Numbered from the stretch's first letter, positions 13,349 through 26,028 are shown. The stretch is DNA of 64,000 nucleotides from Eledone cirrhosa (GCA_964016885.1 OZ024741.1:110050001-110114000), one strand, 5' to 3'. The notes: generated by a model from the sequence alone, not told the origin. Numbers and translations are program-made.

Positions 13349-13415
13349 AATATGGTTTTATAAATATATTTTCCATTTATTTAATATCATTGTATATATA
13401 TATATATATATATAA

Positions 13416-13523
<108 letters not shown>

Positions 13524-13614
13524 GAATATATGAGAGGGATGAACACCGATACAAGTATACATGTGTTCCAATTGCAAATGACCAAGTTAGCTGATATATA
13601 TACATAACAAAGAG

Positions 13615-13770
13615 GGTGTGGTAAGATAACAGGGGGATCATAACGCACCGTGGTACTCAGTACTTAGGGTAGTAGTGTGGGTAATAAGAAAAGAGTCGGT
13701 ACCCTGACGGCTGAGCTCCGGCCGTTTCGACAGCTAGATCCGAACTCGGGGTCCCGACTCTTTTCCTATA
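13615..13770 (-). mobile_element. PLE-type terminus with half hammerhead and inverted end
   Basis: rc GTC-GAAACGGC..GCCGTC-AGGG; inverted gaaaagagtcgg/ccgactcttttc; tail shared with 24117-24197 and 31278-31357. Confidence 0.6.
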
Positions 13771-14100
13771 TATATATATATATATATATATTTTATATTT
13801 ATATATACACATATACATACACGCACTCATACACATATACATATATATATATAAATATATATAAACAGGATGGCGATGTTAGTGTGCAGGAATCATAGAC
13901 AAATATAAACAAGCTGTAAACAATAGTTTTGTAGAGTTCAGTCACCGTACACTGCGGTTTGTGTGTAGGGAGGGAGTATACATGTAGGGAACAGCAGACG
14001 ATAAGTGATTTACAAGTAAACTACCTACACACACAGTCGCACACACACATATATATGTACAAATACACACACACACACACGCACACATATATATATATAT

Positions 14101-14382
14101 GGTGGCTGCCAACTCGTTTTCAAGTACGGCCACTACTTTACATCCATGTAGGAGAACCCCTATCGATGCGCTGAACGAGTGGGACTTTTTAGTCCAGCCA
14201 GCGACTTGAAAACTCTAGTACAAACACTACACCTGTGACAATTATTGACACATAGTGCTGGGCCCATTGTACCCCGTGATGACAAGTGCAGAGAGATCTC
14301 CAGATATAAAGCAATGCCTGTGCCGTGAAGCTTTTATAGTGAGCAAAGGCACTGCACAAAGCCAGTCCCACTCTCTTAACCA
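14101..14382 (-). mobile_element. short non-autonomous RTE derivative
   Basis: reverse complement of 1618-1899. Confidence 0.75.
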
Positions 14383-14415
<33 letters not shown>

Positions 14416-14417
14416 GT

Positions 14418-15490
14418 CATCATTTATTTCATTCAGCCCCCATCGCTCTCTGTGGAGCATAGACCATTGACGACCTTCCACAATCGTACACGATCATGGG
14501 CTGCTCTCGCCACTGCACTCCAGTTGGCTTCCAGTTTTCTTAATTCAGCCTCAGTGTCACGCCTCTAACTGTCGCGGGGCCAGCCTCTCATCTTCATACT
14601 CTGCGGGTTTCAGCTCAGGGCTTGGCATCTTGTATTGGATGCTGGTTCCTGAGTATATATCTAATCCAGCTCCACTTCTTCTGCAGAATCTGCTTTGCCA
14701 CTGGTTCCTGTCCCTCTCGGTCCCAGAGATTCGTTTCTGATCTTCTCATTCCATTTTATATTGTAGATGTGCCTCAGACAGGTGTTAAAGTATGTCGGAA
14801 TCTTCTGCTGCATCTTCTTTGTTGCCCTCCAAGTTACACGTCCGTACAGCACTGCTGCCTTCACGTTGGAGTTGAAGATGCGAAGTTTAGTTCTTGGGTA
14901 GATCTCTTTTGATGCCCAGACATTCTTTACCATGATGAAAACTACTCTTGCCTTGTCAATCCTGGCTCTGACATCTCAGTCAGTTTCCCCACGTCGTCGA
15001 GCCACCACCCAGGTAGACAAATGACCACACCTCTCTGATGGTCTCTCCATCAACTGTGACTGATGTGTTCGCAGTGTTGTTGATCTTCATCAGCTCGTTT
15101 TTTTTTCTTGTTTATATTGAGCCCTATCCCGGCTGACGTGGTCTCCAAGTGTGAGGTCATGTTCTGTATCTGGTCGTAAATGTGTGACAAGAGTGCCAGG
15201 TCATCAAACAAAATCGAGGTCATCCAGTTGTTTCCACTGTATACCGTTGTCCCTGTCTGTTGTAGTGGTTTTCATTATGCAGTTAATGGCCTGGATGAAG
15301 AGAAATAGTGACAGCAACCACCCCTGACGAACTCCGATCTTCACCTCGAGTCTCTCTGGCCGGCGTGGGCGATCTTACACCTCATTTGTTGGTAAGTCCA
15401 CCGGATGAGGGAGATAATCTTCTCAGCCACTCCATAGTGCATCAGCAGCTTCTACAGTATATGTCTGTCCACTCTGTCGTCAATGTGGGC
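14418..15490 (-). pseudogene. decayed RTE LINE RT and 3' region
   Basis: GIQWKQLDDLDF.DDLALLSH; KNVWASKEIYPRTKLRIFNSNVKAAVLYG. Confidence 0.8.
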
Positions 15491-15538
15491 ACGGGCACAC
15501 ACACACACGCACACATATATATATATATGTATGTATGT

Positions 15539-15626
<88 letters not shown>

Positions 15627-15754
15627 GAGGTGTGACACACGAGTTGTGATATATTAGTAAAAAGGAAAAGAAAATGGTGACAAATTTTTCCCAGTGAAAA
15701 ATAGTTTAATTAGGAATAAGTATAAATTAGTAATAAGTATTAGTTAGTATTCAG

Positions 15755-15829
<75 letters not shown>

Positions 15830-15929
15830 GGTCGAAGCACGACGGCTGAGCTCTTGCCCTTTATATATCTATATATGTAAGGAAAAGAAATTGAAAATGC
15901 AACTGGAGTCTTTTAACAATATTTATTTA

Positions 15930-15973
15930 TTTACTTTACCAGTTTCACAGTTCTTATGATTTTCAAAAGTAAA
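15930..15973 (-). ncRNA. hammerhead motif, U3-A8 variant core
   Basis: rc TTTACTT-TTGAAAA-tcataagaactgt-GAAA-CTGG-TA-AAGTAAA; stem II weakened. Confidence 0.6.
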
Positions 15974-15990
15974 ATTGAGATGGAGAGTTT

Positions 15991-18057
15991 GTGTTTCTGT
16001 TGTGGTTTGTCATAGAGGCGTTCATTAAAAAGTTGCGTTGGCGGGCCTTTTACTTCGATAATCCGCGAAAAGCAGACAACAAACAGGTTAAATTTGGATT
16101 TAAAACCTATAATAACCCCCCGTGTAACCCAGCATTGCTACCCTTCGAAAATGATGTCTTGGAACTCATTCGGAGTATCAAATTTCGGAATAGGAGCAAT
16201 TCCTTCCAGCAAGACCTGATGAATAGAATTCGTTCTATTAAGGATTCTAATGCCGTGCACGTCCATTCCGACAAAACTGGCAACCTATATCAAGTGGAGC
16301 GCAGTACTTACCATCAACTACTACATAATGCTGTAACTAAGGATTACCGTAAAACTAATCGGTGCGTCATCAATGAAATCAACGATGCTGGGTTTAAAAT
16401 CACATCTGATCTCAACATCCTGGACCGGACCGAACCTCTGGACCCTATTTCTCCCCACTTTACCCTGAAGGATCACAAATCCAATTTTCCGAACAACCCC
16501 TCTATTCGGCTTATTAACCCTACGAAGTCCGATTTAGGTAGACTCAGTAAGACGATTCTTGATAGAATTATACCTGAAATTAGAAGCTTGGCCCCTCTTG
16601 CACTGTGGAACAATTCCTTCGCGGTGATTGATTGGTTCAACGGCATATGTAACAAGGAACATTGCCGTTTTATCCAATTCGACATCAACAATTACTACTC
16701 CTCCATCACTTTACTACTTCTCCTTAGAGCTATCAATTTCGCTAAAACACTCACAGTGGTTAAGGATTTCGAAGTTGATGTCATCCTCAATGCCCGAAAG
16801 TCGGTGATTAATTTCGACGACTCTATTTGGATTAAAAAATCCAATGCTACCCCATTCGACGTGAGTATGGGTGCCAGTGATTCTGCGGAGGTTACTGATC
16901 TTATCGGCCTTTTCCTTCTTTTCTCTATCAAGGACGAATTCCCCAACGCGGGCGGTGGTTTGTACCGTGACGATGGTCTTTTGACCATGACTAAGTGCGG
17001 ACCTCGTGCTTGCGACAGGTTCAGAAAAGAACTCACAGCCTTCTTTAAAGGCTTCAACCCCTCTATACAGGTTGAGGCCAATCTCTCGGTCGTTAATTAC
17101 CTCGACGTTACCCTCAACTTATTGAATGGGTTGTATTACCCGTATAGAAAGCCGAATGATACGCTTAATTACATAAGTAAGCATTCCAACCATCCTGCCA
17201 GCATAACCAAGAACCTGGTAAGAAACGTTTCGTTGAGGCTTTCCCGTCTTTCCACCAACGAGCGTATTTTCAACGACCATTCCACTTATTACAATGAAGC
17301 TCTTGCTCGAAGTGGATTTGTCGATAAGGTAGCATATACAGAGTACGAAAACAGACCTAGAAGAAATAGATCCCGTCGCATTTGTTGGTATAACCCACCA
17401 TATAATATGGAGGTGGCCACACCATTAGCTAAGATCTTTTTTTCCCTTATTACGAAGCTTTTTCCCCCTACACATAAATATAGTAAAAGTTTTAATAGAA
17501 ATACTATTAAAATTTCTTACTCTACGACTCCTAACCTTGCACATAACATCACAGCTTCAAATTTAGCTAAACTACCTAGCCGAAGGAACACGTGCAACCC
17601 TGTAGTTAGTACTAACTGTAATTGTAGGAATCGGGTTGATTGCCCCCTATCCGGGAATTGCCTCTCTAGTAACATTGTCTACAAATGTAAGGTTGTAACA
17701 CCCACGCCCCGTAGGGCCTACATAGGGTTAACCGCCAATAGATTCAAGCAGCGTCTTTACATGCATATCCATTCTTTTCGTTACCCTCTAAGAAGGAATA
17801 TGACGTCACTCTCAGCTTATATCTGGAGTCTAAAAGACAACCACACCCAATATAAGTTACACTGGGAGATCCTAGCTAGGGCTAGATCGTATAACGGAAA
17901 TAAAAGACCATGTGACCTCTGCGCCGCTGAGGCCCTGGAAATACTCTACGCCACAGACCACATCTTAAACAAAAAATCTGAGGCAATTTCGGCTTGTAAA
18001 CATAAATTGCACAAAACTTTCCTGTATTACAGCCCCACGTTATACCCTAACGGATAG
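15991..18057 (+). CDS. Penelope-like (Naiad-type) reverse transcriptase + GIY-YIG endonuclease, slightly 5'-truncated
   Basis: 688 aa uninterrupted; SDKTGNLY, RLINP, FIQFDINNYYSSI, MGASDSAEVTDL, GGLYRDDGL, NYLDVTL, SNHP; CxCx5Cx5C linker; NIVY..YIG..FKQR; CDLC. The first ~7 codons come from an adjacent inverted fragment. Confidence 0.92.
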   Translation: MFLLWFVIEAFIKKLRWRAFYFDNPRKADNKQVKFGFKTYNNPPCNPALLPFENDVLELIRSIKFRNRSNSFQQDLMNRIRSIKDSNAVHVHSDKTGNLYQVERSTYHQLLHNAVTKDYRKTNRCVINEINDAGFKITSDLNILDRTEPLDPISPHFTLKDHKSNFPNNPSIRLINPTKSDLGRLSKTILDRIIPEIRSLAPLALWNNSFAVIDWFNGICNKEHCRFIQFDINNYYSSITLLLLLRAINFAKTLTVVKDFEVDVILNARKSVINFDDSIWIKKSNATPFDVSMGASDSAEVTDLIGLFLLFSIKDEFPNAGGGLYRDDGLLTMTKCGPRACDRFRKELTAFFKGFNPSIQVEANLSVVNYLDVTLNLLNGLYYPYRKPNDTLNYISKHSNHPASITKNLVRNVSLRLSRLSTNERIFNDHSTYYNEALARSGFVDKVAYTEYENRPRRNRSRRICWYNPPYNMEVATPLAKIFFSLITKLFPPTHKYSKSFNRNTIKISYSTTPNLAHNITASNLAKLPSRRNTCNPVVSTNCNCRNRVDCPLSGNCLSSNIVYKCKVVTPTPRRAYIGLTANRFKQRLYMHIHSFRYPLRRNMTSLSAYIWSLKDNHTQYKLHWEILARARSYNGNKRPCDLCAAEALEILYATDHILNKKSEAISACKHKLHKTFLYYSPTLYPNG

Positions 18058-18633
18058 TACGACCTATACGTGGATATTTTACGTCTCGATGTGGGAGCTA
18101 AGTACATGTTTTGTTTATACCTTTACTTATTTGCATAGGTAAGTATATATTATCCGTATGTTTTGTGAAGGTACGTATACCTTCTCGTACGTATATTTGA
18201 TTGTTATGGCGTATAATTTTTTTATATATTCTGGTACATATGGTTCGGTTATGTGTATACGGGAGTTTTGCGTCTGTGTGAGTATGCAGGTTCGTACGTA
18301 TGTAGGGCGTGTGTATATGTGTACTTCATGTTTTGGTTGACTTACGTCTCCGAACATTCGTGTATTTACATGTAGGTATGTGTGTGCGCTTGTTATATAC
18401 GTATTTATTTATTTATATGTTTATATAATTATTTATTTATTTGTATACACGCTTACACACACACATTTATATGTGCGTGGTTTTGTTTCCTATGGTAAGT
18501 TTTTGCGTATGCTTGTGTATGTACGTATTTTTTTGCGTGTATGTATTTATTTATTTCTATTACTTCTGTATTGTATTTATTTACTTTGTTCTTAACTCCG
18601 TAGCGGAGATTTATTCGGTCTCCTAGTTAGAAT

Positions 18634-18904
18634 TTAGTCTACGACTTCTGCTATACCATTTACGTGGTTTTGTCTTTACGTGCTATTGTTCTCCACGCTC
18701 CACATATGACGTATTATCTTCGTTTTTTTCGTTCATTGCCAGAGAACGTCTCTATGCACCACCTAAGAGAACATTAGTCTACGACCTCTTTTATACCATA
18801 AACGTGGTTCTGTCTTTGCGCGTAATTGTTTTTCACCACTCCTATTAATGACGTATTATATTCGTTTTTTCCCGTTCTTTGCCAGGGAACGTTTCCACGA
18901 ACCA
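18634..18904 (+). repeat. two diverged ~130 bp direct repeats in the PLE2 3' UTR
   Basis: ttagtctacgac...acgtgg...atgacgtattat...tgccag.gaacgt at 18634 and 18774. Confidence 0.8.
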
Positions 18905-18967
18905 AAGTATCGTCTTCCTGTCTTCCTTCGGTTGCAACGGTTTTTGAAATATCCAGTTCTGCGTTTA

Positions 18968-19041
18968 CAGATTGACTTTGTTAGTTTCAGAAGATCCCGT
19001 TAAGGGTGAAAGCAGCGATTTTTTGCTTAAACTTTAATCTG
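18968..19041 (+). ncRNA. type I hammerhead family B (core CAGAAGA in this copy)
   Basis: CAGATTGA..AGTTT-CAGAAGA-tCCC-gttaa-GGGt-GAAA-GCA..TGC-TT-AAACT-TTAATCTG. Confidence 0.7.
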
Positions 19042-19277
19042 TTATTTTAATAAATATTTGCTCTACGGTTCTTATATATTTGATATATATTTATCCTTAT
19101 CGAGCCCTCTTTGGATTTTAGTCTTCAAATTTATTATTATTACTATATGTAGTATATATATATATAATAATAATAATAAATTTGAAGACTAAAATCCAAA
19201 GAGGGCTCAATAAGGATAAATATATATCAGATATATAAGAATCGTAGAGCAAATATTTATTAAAATAACAGATTAAA

Positions 19278-19389
19278 TGATGAAGGACTAGCGTCCGAAA
19301 CATTAAGACCCTTTTCCTGCTATATCAAGCGTTAACCTAATATATCCCTTTCATATACTGTGCCGATTGTGTTGTTATTTCTGTTTACC

Positions 19390-19392
<3 letters not shown>
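19278..19392 (+). mobile_element. truncated PLE terminus family C beginning inside a hammerhead
   Basis: TGATGAAGGACTAGCGTCCGAAAC...; matches the reverse complement of 47372-47488. Confidence 0.75.
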
Positions 19393-19488
<96 letters not shown>

Positions 19489-19984
19489 ATATATATAAAC
19501 TTAGGAAAATTAACAAAGAGAGGACAAATCAACGAACGAACACAAGGCAAGATGGAAAAGAATATATTTAAGGGGAAACCTTTAAAAATTTTTTTTTTTA
19601 AATAAAAATAAAAACGAAAAACACAGCACTCCAAGGTCATCGGCCGTTGAGATGGACTTTGGCAGTTTCGACCCTTACCAACGACACAAACCAAAGTAGT
19701 GTTCAGTGGAGTAAGAGACGAGACAAAACAATCACTTATAGCAATTAAGCTATGGCAAGTTATGACAAATACACAGAATTTTATGTGACAAGGAAAAGGT
19801 ATTGTGTTTTTATAGCACGAAAATCTAATCAGTGAAACAAAGAAAAAAAAGTAAAAAGAGAAAAGAAAGGAAAACTAGGAAAAGTAGACAAGAAGTAGAA
19901 AGTAAGATATCGTGTTAAAATTGTGTGCCATTGAAATTAATGAGGGAAGAAGAACACGTTCGTCATAGATTAGTAATGATAAAC

Positions 19985-20135
19985 TTAGGGAGCTGCCCAT
20001 AAAAACACTCGCACTTGTTGGATTTCACTTCAATTTATTATAAACTAAGAGTGGATTAATTTAACAACCGGATGGTTGTTTAGTTGTTGATTGTCAAATA
20101 TATTTCGTCACACGTTCTGTGACTTCCTCATCTAC
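19985..20135 (-). mobile_element. decayed PLE terminus with degenerate HHR, related to PLE3
   Basis: rc GATGAGGAA-GTCACA..TGTGAC-GAAA; tail tttcacttcaatttattata. Confidence 0.5.
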
Positions 20136-20324
20136 ATAACGGGAGTACATAGTCAGGGTTATATAGTTCTCATCTAAGCATTCTTTAAGTCTCCTGTTCC
20201 ACCATATCATAGCTACGTCACTAGCAATGGTGGTGTTTATATACATATATATACATGTGTGTGTGTGTGTGGAGGGGGGGGGGTATGCATATATATATAT
20301 ATACTGTATATATATAAGTACATA

Positions 20325-20361
<37 letters not shown>

Positions 20362-21536
20362 GTGTATGTGTATATATATATATATAGGGAGAGAGAGAGA
20401 TGGGTGGGTACACAAACGAAAGAAAAGAACGCTCAACACGTTTTGTAGGTCTTATATATTTCTTCATATAAACAGTTTCAATCAGAATTAAATTACTTAA
20501 AAATTCTCAGGAATATAGCTTCCCATTCCTGTGAAACGATATTCTAAGTATTTGTGCACTGGGTTTCAAATCCTGTCAAAAACCACTTTGCTTTTAATCT
20601 TTTCGAGGTCGAAAGATAAAGTACCATCTCAAATTTGTGCAGCCCTCAATCCTGCCAGCTGCCATATTTTCACATTTCCATTGATCACCTTTCTGCTTTT
20701 GTGAAGTCCAGTTCATGAAGTTGGCTGAGTGAGGCAGAGAGTCAGTTACATAACTAGCCTCTGCAATAATTAGATCTATACTACAGATTGGATGGTTAAA
20801 GTTTTGGACTTACGATCGTAATGTCAGGATTTCAATTCCTAGACACAGCTGTGTGTTGTGTTCATGATCAAAACACTTCATTTCACGTTGCTCCAGTAAA
20901 CTCAGCGTAAAATTAGTGTCAGCAGTAACTGTGAGTTTAGCCCTGGAGAAAGTCAAGGAAACTGGGATAAGCACCGATTTAATGAGCCCACGGGCTTGAG
21001 AGAGACTTTAGACTTTATTTTTAGACAGAATTAATATATTTACTTTTAAGTTCTATAATAAGAGCAGGTTTGTTAATTCAAATATTTATAGTACCCTATT
21101 GTTGTGGACAGATCGTTTTGAACAGTTGCAGTCAGCTAAAGTAAAGTCTTGATACTTTTCAAGAACGCTTTGCTAATGTGGTTTCGAAGGTACAAGATGT
21201 CAACGGTTAACTGGAGACTTTTCGTTAGTTCGCCATATGTGTTTTTTTTATCTTACATATATATGGCACCTTTCAATAAATATGGAATGAAATGTATATC
21301 CGTCGGTCTCGACGATGAATGTTCCAGTTGTTCGATCAACGGATCAGCCTGCTAATGAAATTAACGTGTCAGTTAATTTCATGAACATTTCATAGAAACC
21401 TGTTTCCTTAATCTAATTTTCAGGGAGATTCAGCATGACACATTGTATGACATGACTGCCCCTTTAAATTATAGGTACAATAGCCCATCCGACGGATTTC
21501 GAAACAGATTTCATCTAGCCAGTTTCTATCATAAGA

Positions 21537-21790
21537 CTTCCAGCGCATCTCCCTTACCATCCTCCGGGGAAACGCCTTCTCCATTCTGTCCGCCGGGGCT
21601 GTGGGGAGGCCAGCACGTGGGACCCCATTTTCTCACCATACGGAGAGATGGGGAGGACGAGAGAAATGGAGGCGATGACAGTGGGAGTTCGGCTCTTCCA
21701 CGTTCGGACCATATCCTTGTGGTTGTGTTCATTAAGCTGTTAATGAGTATGTTTATGTATAGACTCAATAGTGTACTTTGTAATGTTCTC
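21537..21790 (+). mobile_element. CRE-like (RLE) LINE 3' fragment
   Basis: GC-rich island translating FQRISLTILRGNAFSILS, matching the QRISxxIxRGNA C-terminal motif. Confidence 0.6.
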
Positions 21791-22220
21791 GGGACACTGC
21801 ATCCTTTAAAACTTCCATGCTTCCCGAAACTTGCCAACACTACACCTAGAATACCACCAGACTTGGGTCGACACAAGGTTATGATAAATACACTTGTCCA
21901 ATATGCTACGCAGTGGGATTGAACCAACAACCTATTGATAGCAAAACGAACTCCTGGACTATGCAACGACGGAGATAGAAGAAAGAAGTCGATCTTTTGC
22001 ATTATCCCTTTTAACACTTTTATGATCAATAGTTGGGGTGGATGAGTGCGTAAGTTTCTGTGTGCACATATGTGTGTGTATTTCTACGGTTGTGTGTGTG
22101 TACTTGTGGAATTGTTGGCTGTAATATAGGTAATGATATTGATGAGACGGCAGATTAGGGGAACAACTGGGTTCCATTCTATAACATGGTAGTTCATTGC
22201 ATGATAATACAACATTATGA

Positions 22221-22405
22221 TTGGCAGTATTGGTGGAGGGTCGGACGCCATGATTTGCAGCACAGAATTACGGCCCTTTACGGTCTGAGTTCAAATCCCG
22301 CCGAGGTTAACTTTGCTTTTCATCCTTACGGGGTCGATAAAATAAAGTAACAATAATGCACTGGGTAATTGCTGGCCTTGTGCCAAAAGCAGAAACAATT
22401 ATTAT
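22221..22405 (+). mobile_element. SINE S1
   Basis: full-length match to 5531-5710. Confidence 0.85.
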
Positions 22406-22928
22406 TGAAGCACTAAGTGTGCATATATGTGTTTATACACACACACCACACAACATACACTCACATATACATATATATATTTACACACACATACACACAC
22501 ACACATATATATATGTGTGTGTGTCTGTGCGTGAACATATGAATACAAACACGCACACACATACACTTATATATATATAGATATACAGATAGTGGGTGAG
22601 GGAATTACACGAACACAATACACCCAAGGAAGCTAGTCAAAATCCATCTAGGATGATCCATTAAAAATGTTAAACTGTTTTCTGCTGAGGTAAACTGATG
22701 CCTGGATAAGTGTGAGGGGGGGGGGGGGTACCCATAAGTAGCTTTTAGGGGGTCCTTAGACAAGCTGAATCTGACACATGTCTTCAGACGCTTGATTTAC
22801 TCACACATACATACAAACTTACAAACACATAAACATACATACACACACACACACGCACACACACACACACATATATATATACGTATATACATGTATATAT
22901 ATACACACACACATATATATATATGAAT

Positions 22929-22978
<50 letters not shown>

Positions 22979-22986
22979 CATACACC

Positions 22987-23062
<76 letters not shown>

Positions 23063-23067
23063 CACCT

Positions 23068-23144
<77 letters not shown>

Positions 23145-23176
23145 TACATATATACATATATATATATGGGTATACA

Positions 23177-23220
<44 letters not shown>

Positions 23221-23458
23221 CTCAAACATATATATATTTACACCCACATTCACGTATACACAAATTATTTATCTATCAGTTTGGCATAAACCCCACCCAT
23301 GCGGTGGCAGTAACCCAGTTCTCAGTGAAATCTATTTAGTATGATGATAAATTAAAGTTAAGGAGGGCTTGAAATCAACTCTCAATCTTACATATAAACT
23401 GAAACACGCTCAAACACACACATATATACATGTGTATGTATGTAAGTATTTAAGTATG

Positions 23459-23531
<73 letters not shown>

Positions 23532-23697
23532 ATTTGTGTGGGTGTGTGTAATGATTTATTTGTAAGGGTAATCAGAAAGAACCGACGGCTAAATAGGGTA
23601 CTCAATACGTTAGTAAAGAATAAGCATATACATTTTATATAGATTGAAATGACTTCTAAAGGACTATGTATGCATGTATGTTTGTATATATGTGTGC

Positions 23698-23761
<64 letters not shown>

Positions 23762-24275
23762 ATGTATTTAAGTATGTAAGTATGCAAGTATGTATGCATG
23801 TATATGTGTGTCTGGATGGATGGATGTATGCAGTGTATCTGCGTTAAACTGGACCTCGTTAAGACGGCTATGTTATAAATCTAATTTAGATGAATAACGG
23901 TCAGTTTGTAATTCGACCGCCATCTAAAAGAATCAAGTTTGTAAACCCATATATTCTCGCAGTGATAAACGAACGCTGCAAATTTACCAGAAATTATAAA
24001 CTCATCAAAAATATTTAGTTTTATGAATAATATAATCATAGATTATAATGGAAAACTTTGTCTCCTTTCTATGAAATATCTTGCCGATTTTATAATGAGT
24101 ATATATATATATTTATAACGAAGGAAATGTGGTAAGGAACCGGGTGGACCATAACGCACCAAAGTACTCAATACTTAGGGTAGTAGAGTGGGTAATATAT
24201 ATATATATAAAAAGATGCAATCGAAAATGCAACTGGAGTCTTATTTAAAAATATATATATATATTTATTTGGTTC

Positions 24276-24311
24276 CTTTACCGGTTTCGCAGTTCTTCTG
24301 CTTTTCAAAAG
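24276..24311 (-). ncRNA. hammerhead, U3-A8 variant core, best-formed stems II and III
   Basis: rc CTT-TTGAAAA-GCAG-aagaa-CTGC-GAAA-CCGG-TA-AAG. Confidence 0.7.
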
Positions 24312-24854
24312 TAGAGTTGAGATGGAGGGTCTGTGGTTTTTCTCACATCTGGTTGGTCTTTGAATGTTACTTGTTTTATATGGAAAAAAAGTGGCTCGAA
24401 ACGCTAGGTTTTTAGAGAAGTAATTTGATTGATTGGTCAATAAGTATAATAAATTTCGCGCCAGTTCGCGTTACAAAGTTCTTCAAACAGAGGGAGGGGG
24501 CTCAGGTTGTTTTTTCATATATGAGTGTTTGAATTTCTTTTTACTTAAAAAAAAGGGGCTCACGAAGGCTTTTTTTTTTATAAATGTAATTTGATTGGTT
24601 ATAAATGAAATTATGGCTGTCACGTGAACAAGTTCATTAAATTTCGCGCTCGTATTTGGGAATTTATTTTGTAGCCTTTTAGAGAATTTTATGACAAACA
24701 TAAGATAATGGTCAAGAGAAATGGGATGGGAGAATTGTTCTGGTTCAGTGAATAGGGTTGGTTGGCTGGGGTGTCAGAATTCAGATTTTCTATTGAAATA
24801 AAGAAAGTAAAGATATGTATGTTTATTTGTGTGCGCGCACGCGCGCGCGCGCGT

Positions 24855-25300
24855 GTGTATAGGAAGATGATTCTATTATTAGAAATGCGGGAGGGAGTTG
24901 TGTGTGTGTGTGAATGTGGGTGTTATGTGTGTGTGTGGGGGGGGGGGGGGAGTATGTTAAGATGGAGAGAATATATATATTTTGTGTGTGTGTATATGTG
25001 TGTAGGAAAGTGATTCTATTAGTAGAAATGGGGGAGGGGTTGTGTGTGGGTGGTGTTATGTGTGTGTGGGAGTATGGTTAGCATGTTAAGATGAAGAGAA
25101 TATATATTGTGTGTGTGTGTATGTGTGTGTAGGAAAGTGATTCTATTAGTAGAAATGGGGACGGGAGTTGTGTGTGTGGGGGGGGGGGTATGTGTGTGTA
25201 TGGGTGTTATGTGTGTGTGGGAGTATGGTTAGCATGTTAAGATGAACAGAATATATATTTTGTGTGTGTGTGTGTGTAGGAAAATGATTCCGTTAGTAGG
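24855..25300 (+). repeat. ~120-135 bp tandem repeat, ~3.5 copies, with embedded (TG)n
   Basis: recurrent taggaaagtgattctattagtagaaatggg...atgttaagatg.agagaatatata. Confidence 0.75.
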
Positions 25301-25706
25301 AATATTTTTGAATGAACATATTTTCCTTACTTATTCGTATTTGTTCTGTTGTATTGTCAGCGCAAACGTATGTTAAGGTTTATTTAGTTCGGGTTTTTAT
25401 TTTCTAAAGTAGAAGGTGTTATGTGTGTGTGTATGTGTCTGTTTGGATGGTTAGCATGTTATGGTGTTGACATAATGTATATTAAACCATATTTAATGCT
25501 GGTCTATATTTTTGAATAAACATATTTTCCTTATTTATTCGTATTTCTTCTGTTGTATTGTTAGCGCAAAGGTAAAATGGGAAGACTTGGAATTTGGGTA
25601 TCTTATTACTTGCGCATATGTCCAGATGTGCGCTGAGTGGTATCTGTCTCGTGGCTGGATCTCGTAATTGTTGGCGATGAACTGTCATTCTGTTATATTC
25701 ATATAT

Positions 25707-25828
<122 letters not shown>

Positions 25829-25849
25829 GGGGGGAGAGATGATTCCTAA

Positions 25850-25955
25850 AGGACTAGAACTGTTTCATTTGTATGAAATCATAGGAATGTTCTAATGATT
25901 TCATACGATTGAAACAGTTCTAGTCCTGTATAAGTCATTTCTATATATAATAAAG
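25850..25955. mobile_element. fold-back PLE terminus with degenerate HHR
   Basis: aggactagaactgtttca...tgaaacagttctagtcct palindrome; CTAATGA..GAAAC..GTC; related to 8814 and 43914. Confidence 0.6.
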
Positions 25956-26028
25956 ATGCCTATAATCTACGAAATTATGGAGTACTTTTTTAAATTGTGG
26001 TTACCTACGACACAACTCCATATTCTAA

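Larger units (their letters stand above)
10060..13392 (+). mobile_element. Penelope-like element 1 (Naiad-type, decayed): inverted 5' pLTR, RT, GIY-YIG, 3' pLTR
   Basis: inverted pLTR 10060-10261; RT motifs FIEMDIANYY, MGSSDSAQVTEL, GGLYRD, NFLDVTLNL; EN NVTYKC..YVG..KFKER; C-terminal CNLC; direct pLTR ~13230-13392. Confidence 0.85.
16012..19150 (+). mobile_element. Penelope-like element 2 with long 3' UTR and HHR-bearing pLTR (family B)
   Basis: ORF plus 3' terminus repeated at 6958-7016, 9114-9240, 19160-19277 and 36992-37200. Confidence 0.85.

Noticed and set aside
18058-18960. SECIS element or selenoprotein, as reported for some Naiads
   Set aside because: No in-frame TGA in the ORF, and the ATGA motifs lack a properly spaced AA loop and GA quartet by eye
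19630-19685. Permuted hammerhead-like words on the minus strand (GTCGAAAC..GTC..CCGATGACC)
   Set aside because: Stems I and II cannot both be formed with correct core spacing
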